NCBI GenBank assembly: GCA_050018275.1 | Contig: JBEKAK010000017.1 | Span: 6,015 to 70,014 of the forward strand | Source of the DNA: Terriglobia bacterium | Lineage (GTDB): Bacteria > Acidobacteriota > Terriglobia > UBA7540 | DNA length: 64,000 bases | Reading direction: 5' to 3' | Shown here: piece by piece, positions 54,687 through 63,175 of the stretch | Layout: the number at the start of each line of letters is the position of its first letter | Numbering within the stretch: the stretch's first letter is position 1 | The notes under the pieces: model-generated | Told to the model about the DNA's origin: nothing | What the model saw: only the letters and a program-made list of their open reading frames with translations | The model's database searches: none | Translations under genes and position numbers: made by a program

Positions 54687-54935
54687 CGAGATAGTGTAGC
54701 TACATTCTGTAGTTACGTCAAGCCCGAACTTTCCCGCGGGCAACCTGCGGCTAGATCGTGTCTAGGGCGACGCGGATAGAACCAGTCCTGGCCGGTTCCG
54801 CCGAGCGGCACGAAACCGTCGGCGGCGGGCCCTCCCAAGCCCTGGGGGCGTCGGAGGGCGAGCCCCGTACCATCTGGTAGCGGGGCGAGCCGGATTTATT
54901 TACGTTGCAGCGCCAACGAATTCCCGGACACCAAC

Positions 54936-55130
54936 CTAAACACCGGAGCTGGCGGCGTGCTTGGCGGCGAGGATTTGGCGGCTGACTTCCTGCGCGACGT
55001 ATGCCTCACCGCAGTTTGCGCACACTTCTGCTGGGACGGCCTCGAAGACCCGTGTCGTGGTTTCGCGTTCGAGCGTGACGGCAGTGCGGCCGGGGCGGGT
55101 CTCCCCACCTTTACAGATGACTCACTTCAC
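54936..55130 (-). pseudogene. YgiT-type zinc-finger (MqsA-like) antitoxin with TGA at codon 3, at the first zinc-ligand Cys position
   Basis: GTG 55130 overlaps the upstream stop (GTGA). The frame reads M K, then TGA (55124-55122), then VICKGGETRPGRTAVTLERETTTRVFEAVPAEVCANCGEAYVAQEVSRQILAAKHAASSGV. The family pattern is CxxC...CxxCGE, and here it is [TGA]VIC...CANCGE. Confidence 0.65.
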
Positions 55131-55402
55131 GTCCTTCTCCTCCTGAAATCTGCCTCCCAGAGTTCGGGGTCCGGTTCGTTGACGGTAATCACCACGAGTT
55201 CATGCTCGCTCAAGTTGTGCGCCACAACAAGGTGCCCAGCTTCTCCCCAGGGTTGACAAAGAAAGGTGGAGAAAGGACAATCGCCTTGCCATCGAATCAA
55301 ACCTCTTGGGAACAAGGCGGGGAGAAGAGCCGGCAGGCGATGCCAGATTTCGATCCTGAAGAAGAACGCCGGAATCTCTGCGCCGACATTCCTCCGAAGC
55401 AC
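55127..55402 (-). CDS. Small ORF upstream of the YgiT-type gene, probable toxin partner (DUF4258-like); may itself be frameshifted
   Basis: C-terminal GHLVVAHNLSEHELVVITVNEPDPELWEADFRRRR resembles small toxin families paired with YgiT fingers. An overlapping ORF in another frame (55200-55439) covers the N-terminal part, so integrity is uncertain. Confidence 0.4.
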   Translation of the reverse strand: MLRRNVGAEIPAFFFRIEIWHRLPALLPALFPRGLIRWQGDCPFSTFLCQPWGEAGHLVVAHNLSEHELVVITVNEPDPELWEADFRRRRT

Positions 55403-55451
55403 GAACCCATTTTCTTGAGGCTGTCGAGGCGAGGAACATGGGGGAGGATCA

Positions 55452-56174
55452 GTGAGCAGAAAGGCAGGCTCGACGTTGCGGATTCATTACCTCCAGCACG
55501 TCCCCTTTGAAAGACCAGCCGGAATCGCCACCTGGGCTCACCGGCAAGGACACACCTTCACAGGTTGCCGGCTCGATCGTGGGCAGCCTCTCCCTTCGCT
55601 CGCTGATTTCGACTGGCTGGTCATCATGGGCGGACCGATGAGCGAGCACGACGAAGGCGTTTACCCTTGGCTTGCCGGTGAGAAGAAGCTGATCGAACGC
55701 GCCATAAGGGCACGCAAGCGAGTCCTGGGCGTCTGCCTGGGCGCACAGCTCCTGGCGGATGTATTGGGAGCGAAAGTTTATCAGAACCGGCACAAGGAAA
55801 TCGGTTGGTTCCCTGTGCACCTCACTCCTCAAGCGACGTCCTCGAGTGTGTTAGCAGGCTTCCCAGAACCGTTTCCCGCCTTCCACTGGCACGGGGAAAC
55901 CTTTGAGATTCCCGCTGGCGCGCTACACTTGGCCAGAAATGAAGCATGTGAGAATCAAGCCTTCGAATACGGCGGAACAGCGCTTGGGGTGCAATTCCAT
56001 CTGGAGGTTACGCCGAGCGTCGTCCAGGCATTAATCCAAAACTGCCGAGCTGACATCGGCTCGGGCCGATATCAGCAGCCCCCTGATCAGATACTGGCTT
56101 GCTGGAAGGAGTTTGGTATCATTAGGCAGCTCCTGTATAGAATGCTCGACCGGCTTGCCGTGTCTCGAAGCTGA
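55452..56174 (+). CDS. Class I glutamine amidotransferase-like protein
   Basis: DWLVIMGGPMS, nucleophile elbow VLGVCLGAQLLA and FHWHGETFEIP. The start is GTG 55452 or TTG 55476. Confidence 0.8.
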   Translation: MSRKAGSTLRIHYLQHVPFERPAGIATWAHRQGHTFTGCRLDRGQPLPSLADFDWLVIMGGPMSEHDEGVYPWLAGEKKLIERAIRARKRVLGVCLGAQLLADVLGAKVYQNRHKEIGWFPVHLTPQATSSSVLAGFPEPFPAFHWHGETFEIPAGALHLARNEACENQAFEYGGTALGVQFHLEVTPSVVQALIQNCRADIGSGRYQQPPDQILACWKEFGIIRQLLYRMLDRLAVSRS

Positions 56175-56239
56175 GGGCTGGCCGCGCAGACGTTCTCATC
56201 GGAAGGCAACTCACGCGAGAAAACTGAAGGAGAAAAAGC

Positions 56240-57139
56240 ATGGCAGATATCGAGGGCGCGAAAGATACCAAGGACTTCTACCTGGATGTTCCGTTCGAGA
56301 ACAAGGCCTTTTTCCTGCGGGGTTCCGGCGCACTGGATTGGGGAATGCAGAACCGGCTGGCCCGCATCTTTAATCCTGCCTCCGGCCGCACCGTGATGTT
56401 GGCCATCGACCATGGATACTTCCAGGGCCCCACGACGGGTTTGGAGCGGGTGGACGTGAACATCCTTCCCCTCCTTCCCTACACCAACGCTTTGATGCTG
56501 ACGCGCGGCATCTTGCGAACGACTATTCCCTCGACTTTTTCCCAGGGGATTGTGTTGCGGGCAAGTGGCGGGCCCAGCATCCTCAAGGAACTCTCCAACG
56601 AACAAATCGCGCTGGACATCGATGATGCGGCCCGGCTCAATGCTTGCGCGGTGGCCGTGCAGGTTTTCATCGGCGGCGAGTTCGAGACGCAATCGATTCA
56701 CAATCTGACCCGCCTGGTGGACGCGGGCCTGCGCTGTGGAATTGCCACGCTGGGCGTGACCGCGGTCGGCAAGGCCATGGTACGCGACGCCAAGTACTTC
56801 CGCCTGGCCTGCCGCATCTCGGCCGAACTGGGGGCGCAGGTCGTGAAGACCTATTACGTGCCGGAAGGCTTCGAGACGATCACCGCCTCCTGCCCGGTGC
56901 CGGTAGTGATGGCCGGCGGCAAGAAGCTGCCCGAACTCGAGGCGCTGACCATGGCTTACCGCGCGGTCAGTGAGGGCGCCGCGGGCGTGGATATGGGCCG
57001 GAACATTTTCCAGGCTGACGCGCCTGTCGCCATGATCAAGGCGGTAGGCAAAGTTGTTCACGAACTCCTGAAGCCTGAGCACGCCTACGACCTGTATCAG
57101 ACGCTCAAGCACGAGAAGCGTGAAGTCGTCGCGAAGTAG
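56240..57139 (+). CDS. Class I aldolase of the DhnA/LsrF (DeoC/LacD superfamily) type
   Basis: [34 protein letters not shown], the Schiff-base-type VVKTYY and [21 protein letters not shown]. Confidence 0.8.
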   Translation: MADIEGAKDTKDFYLDVPFENKAFFLRGSGALDWGMQNRLARIFNPASGRTVMLAIDHGYFQGPTTGLERVDVNILPLLPYTNALMLTRGILRTTIPSTFSQGIVLRASGGPSILKELSNEQIALDIDDAARLNACAVAVQVFIGGEFETQSIHNLTRLVDAGLRCGIATLGVTAVGKAMVRDAKYFRLACRISAELGAQVVKTYYVPEGFETITASCPVPVVMAGGKKLPELEALTMAYRAVSEGAAGVDMGRNIFQADAPVAMIKAVGKVVHELLKPEHAYDLYQTLKHEKREVVAK

Positions 57140-57151
57140 GAGGCGGGCAGC

Positions 57152-57871
57152 ATGGTAAACTCCTCAGCTCTCAAACTCCTGCGCGACGCGGCGCCGACGA
57201 TCAGCGTCGGAATGCTCACGGCCAATCTGCTCTCCCTGGGATCGGAGATCTCCCTGCTGGAGAAGACAGGCGTCAAGCTCGTGCACGTGGACGTCATGGA
57301 TGGTTGCTTTTGCCCCATGATGACGGTGGGACCACCGCTCATCAAGGCGATTAAGACTTCCCTGCTCAAGGACGTCCACCTGATGATCGAGGAGCCGCTG
57401 GAGAAAGTCGCTGATTACGTCGCCGCCGGCGCGGACATCATCACGATTCATCCCGAGGCCTGCTCGCACGTGCATCGAGTTCTGCAAAAGTCGCGGACCT
57501 TCACGAACGTGAACGATGCGGAAAGGGGAATCGTGCGCGGCGTAGCGCTGAATCCCGGGACGCCGGTGGAAGCTCTCGAACCGCTTCTCGACGAAGTCGA
57601 GCTCGTCGTGCTCCTCGCCGTGAACCCGGGGTGGGGAGGGCAGAAATATATTCCCTCCACAACAGGCCGCATCGCCCGGGCCCACCGAATGATTGCGGAT
57701 TCTGGCAAGGAGATCATCCTGGGCGTAGACGGCGGCATCACGAAAGAAAATATCGCGGAGGTCGCAGCGACCGGCGCCGACCTGATCGTGACCGGTAGCG
57801 CGGTGTTCGATGGCAAGACGCCAGAGGCCAACGCGCGCTTCATGCTGGAGGCGGTGACGAGGGCGAGGTAG
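57152..57871 (+). CDS. rpe: Ribulose-phosphate 3-epimerase family protein
   Basis: VHVDVMDGCFCPMMTVGP, VHLMIEEP, LLLAVNPGWGGQKYI and GVDGGI...LIVTGSAVF. RBS AGGAGG. Confidence 0.85.
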   Translation: MVNSSALKLLRDAAPTISVGMLTANLLSLGSEISLLEKTGVKLVHVDVMDGCFCPMMTVGPPLIKAIKTSLLKDVHLMIEEPLEKVADYVAAGADIITIHPEACSHVHRVLQKSRTFTNVNDAERGIVRGVALNPGTPVEALEPLLDEVELVVLLAVNPGWGGQKYIPSTTGRIARAHRMIADSGKEIILGVDGGITKENIAEVAATGADLIVTGSAVFDGKTPEANARFMLEAVTRAR

Positions 57872-57996
57872 CATCAGCCGACCTGTCGGAATTTTACGGC
57901 TGCTTGCGCCGCCGAGACGGCAGCGCTTCGGCGCCAGCAGCGAGGCCCGGTCCGCTTCATCCATCAATTCTCATTTCAGGATCATTCTGGGTTTCC

Positions 57997-60102
57997 ATGA
58001 AAAATCGTTGGTCCGATACAGACGCCAGTCAGTTCGTAGGTCGATACGCCGCCCAATGGGGAGAAGACTTGGCTTTGCGTACATACACCAGCCGCCTCCT
58101 CGGAGGCGACGAGGGACTCGTCCTGCACGGCGGGGGGAACACATCCGTAAAAGGGAATCATCGGAACATCCTTGGCCAGGAAGTATCTGCCCTTTTCATG
58201 AAGGCTTCAGGGTTTGATATGGCCACCATCGAACCCGATGGCCACATCCCGCTCGACCTCGCGTATTTGAAACGCCTGTGTGCTCTGCCGGACCTTTCGG
58301 ATGAGGCGATGGTCGGCGAGTTCCAATTGCATCGCTTGGCTCAGGGCGCGGCCGCACCCTCCATCGAGACCTTGTCGCACGTTTTCCTGCCCGCCAAATT
58401 CATCGATCACACGCACGCTGACGCCATCCTGGCGCTGACCAACCAACCGCATGGCGAGAGGTTGGTCCTCGAGGCGTTGGGCGACGGCGTGGTACTGGTC
58501 GATTACCTCAAGCCAGGATTCAAGCTGGCCAAGGCCGTGGCGGCTGCCTATGATACCCACCCTGGATGCCGCGCCATGGTCTGGGTGCGGCACGGAATCG
58601 TGACCTGGGGCGCGACGGTACGTGAGTCCTACGAGGCCATGATTAATCTGGTCACGCGCGCAGAAGAGTTCGCAGCGCGTCGCGCGGCAAAACCGCTCGT
58701 GGTGGTGGTTCGAACGTCTCCCGCCGATGCGGAGAAGCGGTTGGTCACAGCCGCGCCGGTGGTTCGTGGCCTGTTGGCGCAGCCGAGCGGCGACCCTGAC
58801 AGGCCTTACGACCGCGTGGTCCTGCAAACGTTGGTCAGCCAGGAGGTCCTGGATTTTCTCGGCTCAGATCGAGGCAAGGGACTGGCCTTGACACCCACGC
58901 TGACCTCCGACCATCTGATCCGCACCAAGGCGCTTCCTCTCTGGGTCGATAACCCTGAATACAGCGACCCGGCGAAACTGCGCACGCAGGTTTCGAAGGC
59001 GCTGGAAGCCTATGCGGCTGAGTACCGAGCTTATCTCGAAAGACACGCGGCGCTGATGCCTGCGGGCATGAAGCCCTTCGATCCCCTGCCGCGCGTGGTC
59101 CTCCTGCCCGGCCTGGGAGCTTTGTGCGCCGGCAAGGATGTGCGCGCGGCGCGAATTGCGCGCGATATCACCGCGCATACGCTGGCAGCAAAGGCCAGGA
59201 TCGCGGCGATGGGAACTTACCAAGGGCTCGAGGAGCAGCACCTCTTCGAGGTGGAATATTTCACCCTGCAGCACGCCAAACTCCGAACTGATGAGCCGCC
59301 GCTAGGACGCGAGGTGGCGATTGTAACCGGTGCCGCGGGCGCCATCGGTTCGGCAATCGCTGAAGGACTTCTGGAGCAAGGATGCCACGTAGCGCTCACC
59401 GACCTGCCCGGCAGCGCGCTCGACAGCCTGGGCGAAGAACTTAAGACGCGGCGCGGCGAGCGCGTGCTCTGCGTTCCACTGGATGTAACCGATCCCGCTT
59501 CCGTGGCGCAGGGTTTCAACGCGGTGATCAAAACTTGGGGAGGCATTGACCTGGTGATCGTCAACGCCGGCGTTGCCATGGTCTCGTCCCTGGAGCTGAT
59601 GGACCTGCAGGCTTTCCAGCGTCTCGAGCGTGTCAACACCGAAGGAACACTCCTGCTGCTGCGCGAAGCCGCCCGCCACTTTAGATTGCAGGGGACCGGC
59701 GGCGACATCGTGCTGGTTTCCACCAAGAACGTCTTCGCCCCGGGCGCAAAATTCGGCGCCTACAGCGCCACCAAGGCCGCTGCACATCAACTAGCGCGCA
59801 TTGCCAGCCAGGAAATGGCGGAGCTGGGTGTGCGGGTTAACATGGTCGCTCCAGACGCCGTCTTCTCATATGGAAGTCGCCGGTCCGGCCTGTGGGCGGA
59901 AGTCGGCCCCGACCGGATGCGCGCTCGCGGCCTGGATGAGAAGGGCCTGGAAGAGTATTACCGGCAGCGAAACCTGCTCAAAGCCACGGTCACCGCCCAG
60001 CACGTCGCCAGAGCCGTACTCTTCTTCGCTACACGTCAGACTCCCACCACCGGCGCGACCATTCCCGTGGACGGCGGCCTGCCTGACTCGACGCCAAGAT
60101 GA
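57997..60102 (+). CDS. Bifunctional class II aldolase/adducin-domain plus short-chain dehydrogenase (rhamnulose-1-phosphate aldolase/alcohol dehydrogenase-like)
   Basis: The N-terminal part has LVLHGGGNTSVKG. The C-terminal SDR has VTGAAGAIGSAIA and YSATKAA (YxxxK). Start chosen at MKNRWSD. Confidence 0.85.
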   Translation: MKNRWSDTDASQFVGRYAAQWGEDLALRTYTSRLLGGDEGLVLHGGGNTSVKGNHRNILGQEVSALFMKASGFDMATIEPDGHIPLDLAYLKRLCALPDLSDEAMVGEFQLHRLAQGAAAPSIETLSHVFLPAKFIDHTHADAILALTNQPHGERLVLEALGDGVVLVDYLKPGFKLAKAVAAAYDTHPGCRAMVWVRHGIVTWGATVRESYEAMINLVTRAEEFAARRAAKPLVVVVRTSPADAEKRLVTAAPVVRGLLAQPSGDPDRPYDRVVLQTLVSQEVLDFLGSDRGKGLALTPTLTSDHLIRTKALPLWVDNPEYSDPAKLRTQVSKALEAYAAEYRAYLERHAALMPAGMKPFDPLPRVVLLPGLGALCAGKDVRAARIARDITAHTLAAKARIAAMGTYQGLEEQHLFEVEYFTLQHAKLRTDEPPLGREVAIVTGAAGAIGSAIAEGLLEQGCHVALTDLPGSALDSLGEELKTRRGERVLCVPLDVTDPASVAQGFNAVIKTWGGIDLVIVNAGVAMVSSLELMDLQAFQRLERVNTEGTLLLLREAARHFRLQGTGGDIVLVSTKNVFAPGAKFGAYSATKAAAHQLARIASQEMAELGVRVNMVAPDAVFSYGSRRSGLWAEVGPDRMRARGLDEKGLEEYYRQRNLLKATVTAQHVARAVLFFATRQTPTTGATIPVDGGLPDSTPR

Positions 60103-60111
60103 GGTGCCCAC

Positions 60112-61596
60112 ATGACTTCCAGCCTTCCTGACTTTCACCCCATCGGCATATCTCAAATCTTGGACCTGAGGCGCCTTCTGCCCCTGTTTCTCTGCCTGCT
60201 ATTGATCGTCGTCCCGGCCTCGGCTGCGGTCACGCCGCAAAAGACGCGAGTCATGGTCCTGACCGACATCGGCAACGAGCCGGACGATGCCATGTCAATG
60301 ATCCGTTTTCTGCTTTACGCGAACGAGTTTGACGTCGAGGGGATTGTGGCCACGACCTCGATTTGGCAACCGAAGTTGGTCCAGCCTCAATTGATCCGCG
60401 AGCGGGTGGAGGCATACGGAAAGGTCAGAAACAACCTGCTGGTGCACGCGCCCGGCTACCCCGAGGCCGCCGACCTCCTGGCTCGGATCAAGTCCGGCCG
60501 GGCCGAGTACGGCCTGGCGGCCGTGGGTGAGGGAAAGGACACGGAGGCATCCAAGTGGATAATCTCGGTAGTGGACAAGCCCGACCCTCGGCCCGTTTGG
60601 GTCCCGGTCTGGGGCGGCGCGGTTGATCTGGCCCAGGCGCTCTGGAAAGTAAAAAGAACCCGATCCCCGGTCGCTGTGGATGCTTTCGTCAAGAAACTGC
60701 GGGTCTACAGCATCTCCGACCAGGATGATACCGGGGCCTGGATGCGGGCAACCTTCCCCGGTCTGTTTTATATTTGCAGCATTCACGCGTTCGGCCGCTA
60801 TGCGCGGGCCACCTGGAACGGGATTTCGGGGGAACGGTTGAATGGGTTTAAGGGTCCGGACTTCTCGTTGGTGAGCAACGAATGGCTCGACGAACACATC
60901 CGCAAGTACGGACCAATGGGGGCGCTCTATCCTCGCTTTGAGTACATCATGGAAGGTGACACGCCGAGCTTCTTACATCTGATCCCGAACGGCCTGGGAG
61001 TTCCCGAGGAACCGAGCTACGGCAGTTGGGGCGGGCGCTACGAAAAGGCTTCAGAATTTGGGGGTCTCTACACCGATACGCTCGATACGGTTCGTGGTGC
61101 GGACGGCGAAATGTATACGACAAACCAAGCTACAGTCTGGCGGTGGCGCGAGGCATACCAGAACGATTTTGCCGGCCGGATGCTTTGGACGGTCCGTAGC
61201 TCCTATAAGGAGGCGAACCATAATCCTATCGTGGTCCTGAACGGGAAGGAAGGCAAGGATCCGGTTGAGATCACCGTCAAGGCTGGTGAAACCGCCAAGC
61301 TCAGTGCGGCGGGAACGAGGGATCCTGACGCAGATAGCCTCACTTATGAGTGGTTCCAATATAATGAAGTGGGTGGCTTGTCTCCTCCCAACATCCAACT
61401 CAGCAGCGCGTCGGGAACCGAGACCAGCTTCGAGGTGCCGGCCGGTCGTCCAGGGCGGTTAGGCACACTCCCCTTCTGGGACCGGACCATTCACGTAATC
61501 CTCGTAGTGAAGGACAACGGTACGCCGAGCCTTTACGCCTATCGCCGGGCGATTGTAAAGGTCGCACCCAAGCAGCCACGGTCAGAGACCTATTGA
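60112..61596 (+). CDS. DUF1593 domain protein (nucleoside-hydrolase-like N-domain plus Ig-like C-domain), secreted
   Basis: RVMVLTDIGNEPDDAMSMIRFLLYANEFDVEGIVATTS matches my recollection of DUF1593. Signal peptide present; RBS GAGGTG. Confidence 0.75.
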   Translation: MTSSLPDFHPIGISQILDLRRLLPLFLCLLLIVVPASAAVTPQKTRVMVLTDIGNEPDDAMSMIRFLLYANEFDVEGIVATTSIWQPKLVQPQLIRERVEAYGKVRNNLLVHAPGYPEAADLLARIKSGRAEYGLAAVGEGKDTEASKWIISVVDKPDPRPVWVPVWGGAVDLAQALWKVKRTRSPVAVDAFVKKLRVYSISDQDDTGAWMRATFPGLFYICSIHAFGRYARATWNGISGERLNGFKGPDFSLVSNEWLDEHIRKYGPMGALYPRFEYIMEGDTPSFLHLIPNGLGVPEEPSYGSWGGRYEKASEFGGLYTDTLDTVRGADGEMYTTNQATVWRWREAYQNDFAGRMLWTVRSSYKEANHNPIVVLNGKEGKDPVEITVKAGETAKLSAAGTRDPDADSLTYEWFQYNEVGGLSPPNIQLSSASGTETSFEVPAGRPGRLGTLPFWDRTIHVILVVKDNGTPSLYAYRRAIVKVAPKQPRSETY

Positions 61597-61784
61597 GAGC
61601 AGATTGCCCCGGGGCGGCTTAATTCTGGAGCTCCACCATTAGTTGTCAGTTCTCAGCAGAACCTTCTGCACACAACAGGTACGTAGTGCAGAGGTGGGGC
61701 TGAAGCGTTTTCCCTCCCGCGACCCATCCGGCTTGAAGGGTGCGGGCTGGCTTCGTCAATCCCTCTCCGCAATCCGGCCACTGA

Positions 61785-62339
61785 ATGCTACAATCCTTCC
61801 GAATGGCCAGCACGCCCAAGGAGCCAACGCGCGTCATTGGAATCGACCCGGGCTTGAATGTGACCGGGTACGGCGTGGTCGAAAGCCACGGAAGCGAAGT
61901 CAGACTGGTTGAAGCGGGTGTGATCCGGTTGCCGCCCAGCCGCGGCGGAAACCTTCCCGCGCGCCTGGAATCGCTCTTCAATGAGCTTCGGCAAGTGATG
62001 AAGGAATTCAATCCGCAGGCCATGTGCCTGGAGGAAGTCTACAGCCATGCGGATTACCCGCGGACGGCGATCCTGATGGGCCACGCGCGCGGGGTCATTT
62101 GCCTGGCGGCGCAGCTGGCAGGAATCCCAGTGCTGAGCTTTTCGGCCAAGCGAGTTAAGCAGTCGGTGACGGGCAATGGCAATGCCTCCAAGCTCCAGGT
62201 GCAGCGCGCGGTCCAGCATTTCTTTTCGCTCGACCGAACGCCTCACCCGCCTGATGTGGCTGACGCTCTCGCCGTGGCGCTGTGCTACCTGAACGCGAGG
62301 CGCCTCGCGGCGAATGGCGCGAAGGCGGCGCATCGCTAG
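61785..62339 (+). CDS. ruvC: Crossover junction endodeoxyribonuclease RuvC
   Basis: RVIGIDPGLNVTGYGVVE, EEVYSHADYPRTAILMGHARGV and DVADALAVALCY. The start may be ATG 61803 (MASTPK). Confidence 0.9.
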   Translation: MLQSFRMASTPKEPTRVIGIDPGLNVTGYGVVESHGSEVRLVEAGVIRLPPSRGGNLPARLESLFNELRQVMKEFNPQAMCLEEVYSHADYPRTAILMGHARGVICLAAQLAGIPVLSFSAKRVKQSVTGNGNASKLQVQRAVQHFFSLDRTPHPPDVADALAVALCYLNARRLAANGAKAAHR

Positions 62340-62411
62340 GGGCGTATGGCCATGCGCCCCTACGTGGGACCATGCACGATCTGAGAGAAACTTGGCAGGA
62401 GGAAGCAAACC

Positions 62412-63068
62412 CTGATCTCCGAAATAACCGGTGAAGTTCTTTACGACCGCATTCAACGCCACTCGCTTCTGGTTCGAGTGCAGGCGCTCTGCTACGAGAT
62501 TTTCGTACCCTCGGGGATCGCCTCTCGTCTCCGGACCACGCCGGAAGCCGAGCGCCATAACCCCCAGACTTTCTACACGATTTACTACATTGATGGCGGG
62601 TTGGGTGGCGGCCACCTGACGCCCAAGCTGGTCGGGTTTCTCGACCCACTCGACCGGGAGTTCTTCGAAACCTTCACAACCGTGCCGGGCGTGGGTTTCA
62701 TGCGGGCGTTGAAATGCCTGGTCCGGCCGCTGAATGAAATTGCCCTGGCCATCGAACGCGGTGACACAGCTTTCCTGAAAGAACTCCCGTTTATCGGCGC
62801 CAAGACCTCGGAGAGGATCATTACCGAACTGCGTGGCAAAATGGCCAAGTTCGCTCTGGCCCGCACCGAGGAACCTCTCTCCGTCGAGCAGGAATCCACC
62901 TCGGAGCTGAAACAGGAAGCCCTGCAGGTGCTCGAACAACTGGAGTATTCGCGCGCTGAGGCGCTACGGATCGCAGAGGAGATTTTCTCCCGGAACAAGC
63001 ATCTGAAGACCACCGAGGAATTTCTGCGCAAAGTCTTTGAACAGTTGCACCCAGGGAACAAGAGTTAA
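62412..63068 (+). CDS. ruvA: Holliday junction DNA helicase subunit RuvA, apparent non-ATG (CTG) start
   Basis: The frame is open from 62385 and reads LISEITGEVLYDRIQRHSLLVRVQALCYEIFVP..., the canonical RuvA N-terminus. There is no ATG/GTG/TTG before GTG 62478. AGGAGG (62397-62402) lies 9 nt before CTG 62412. Confidence 0.8.
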   Translation: MISEITGEVLYDRIQRHSLLVRVQALCYEIFVPSGIASRLRTTPEAERHNPQTFYTIYYIDGGLGGGHLTPKLVGFLDPLDREFFETFTTVPGVGFMRALKCLVRPLNEIALAIERGDTAFLKELPFIGAKTSERIITELRGKMAKFALARTEEPLSVEQESTSELKQEALQVLEQLEYSRAEALRIAEEIFSRNKHLKTTEEFLRKVFEQLHPGNKS

Positions 63069-63087
63069 AGGCCTGCCTGCGCACGCA

Positions 63088-63171
63088 GGTCGAGAGTCGA
63101 AAGTCAAAAGTCCAAAAAGCAGAGGCTCAGCAATTCCCTGTCACCTGTTCCCTGTAACCTATAACCTGGCT
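63088..63171. repeat. Two heptamer tandem tracts in the ruvA-ruvB spacer
   Basis: GGTCGAG AGTCGAA AGTCAAA AGTCCAA AAAGCAG (63088-63122) and CCTGTCA CCTGTTC CCTGTAA CCTATAA CCTGGCT (63137-63171). Confidence 0.6.
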
Positions 63172-63175
63172 TCGT

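Noticed and set aside
61788-62939. 383-aa minus-strand ORF
   Set aside because: Antisense to ruvC and ruvA, both of which have unmistakable motifs on the plus strand.
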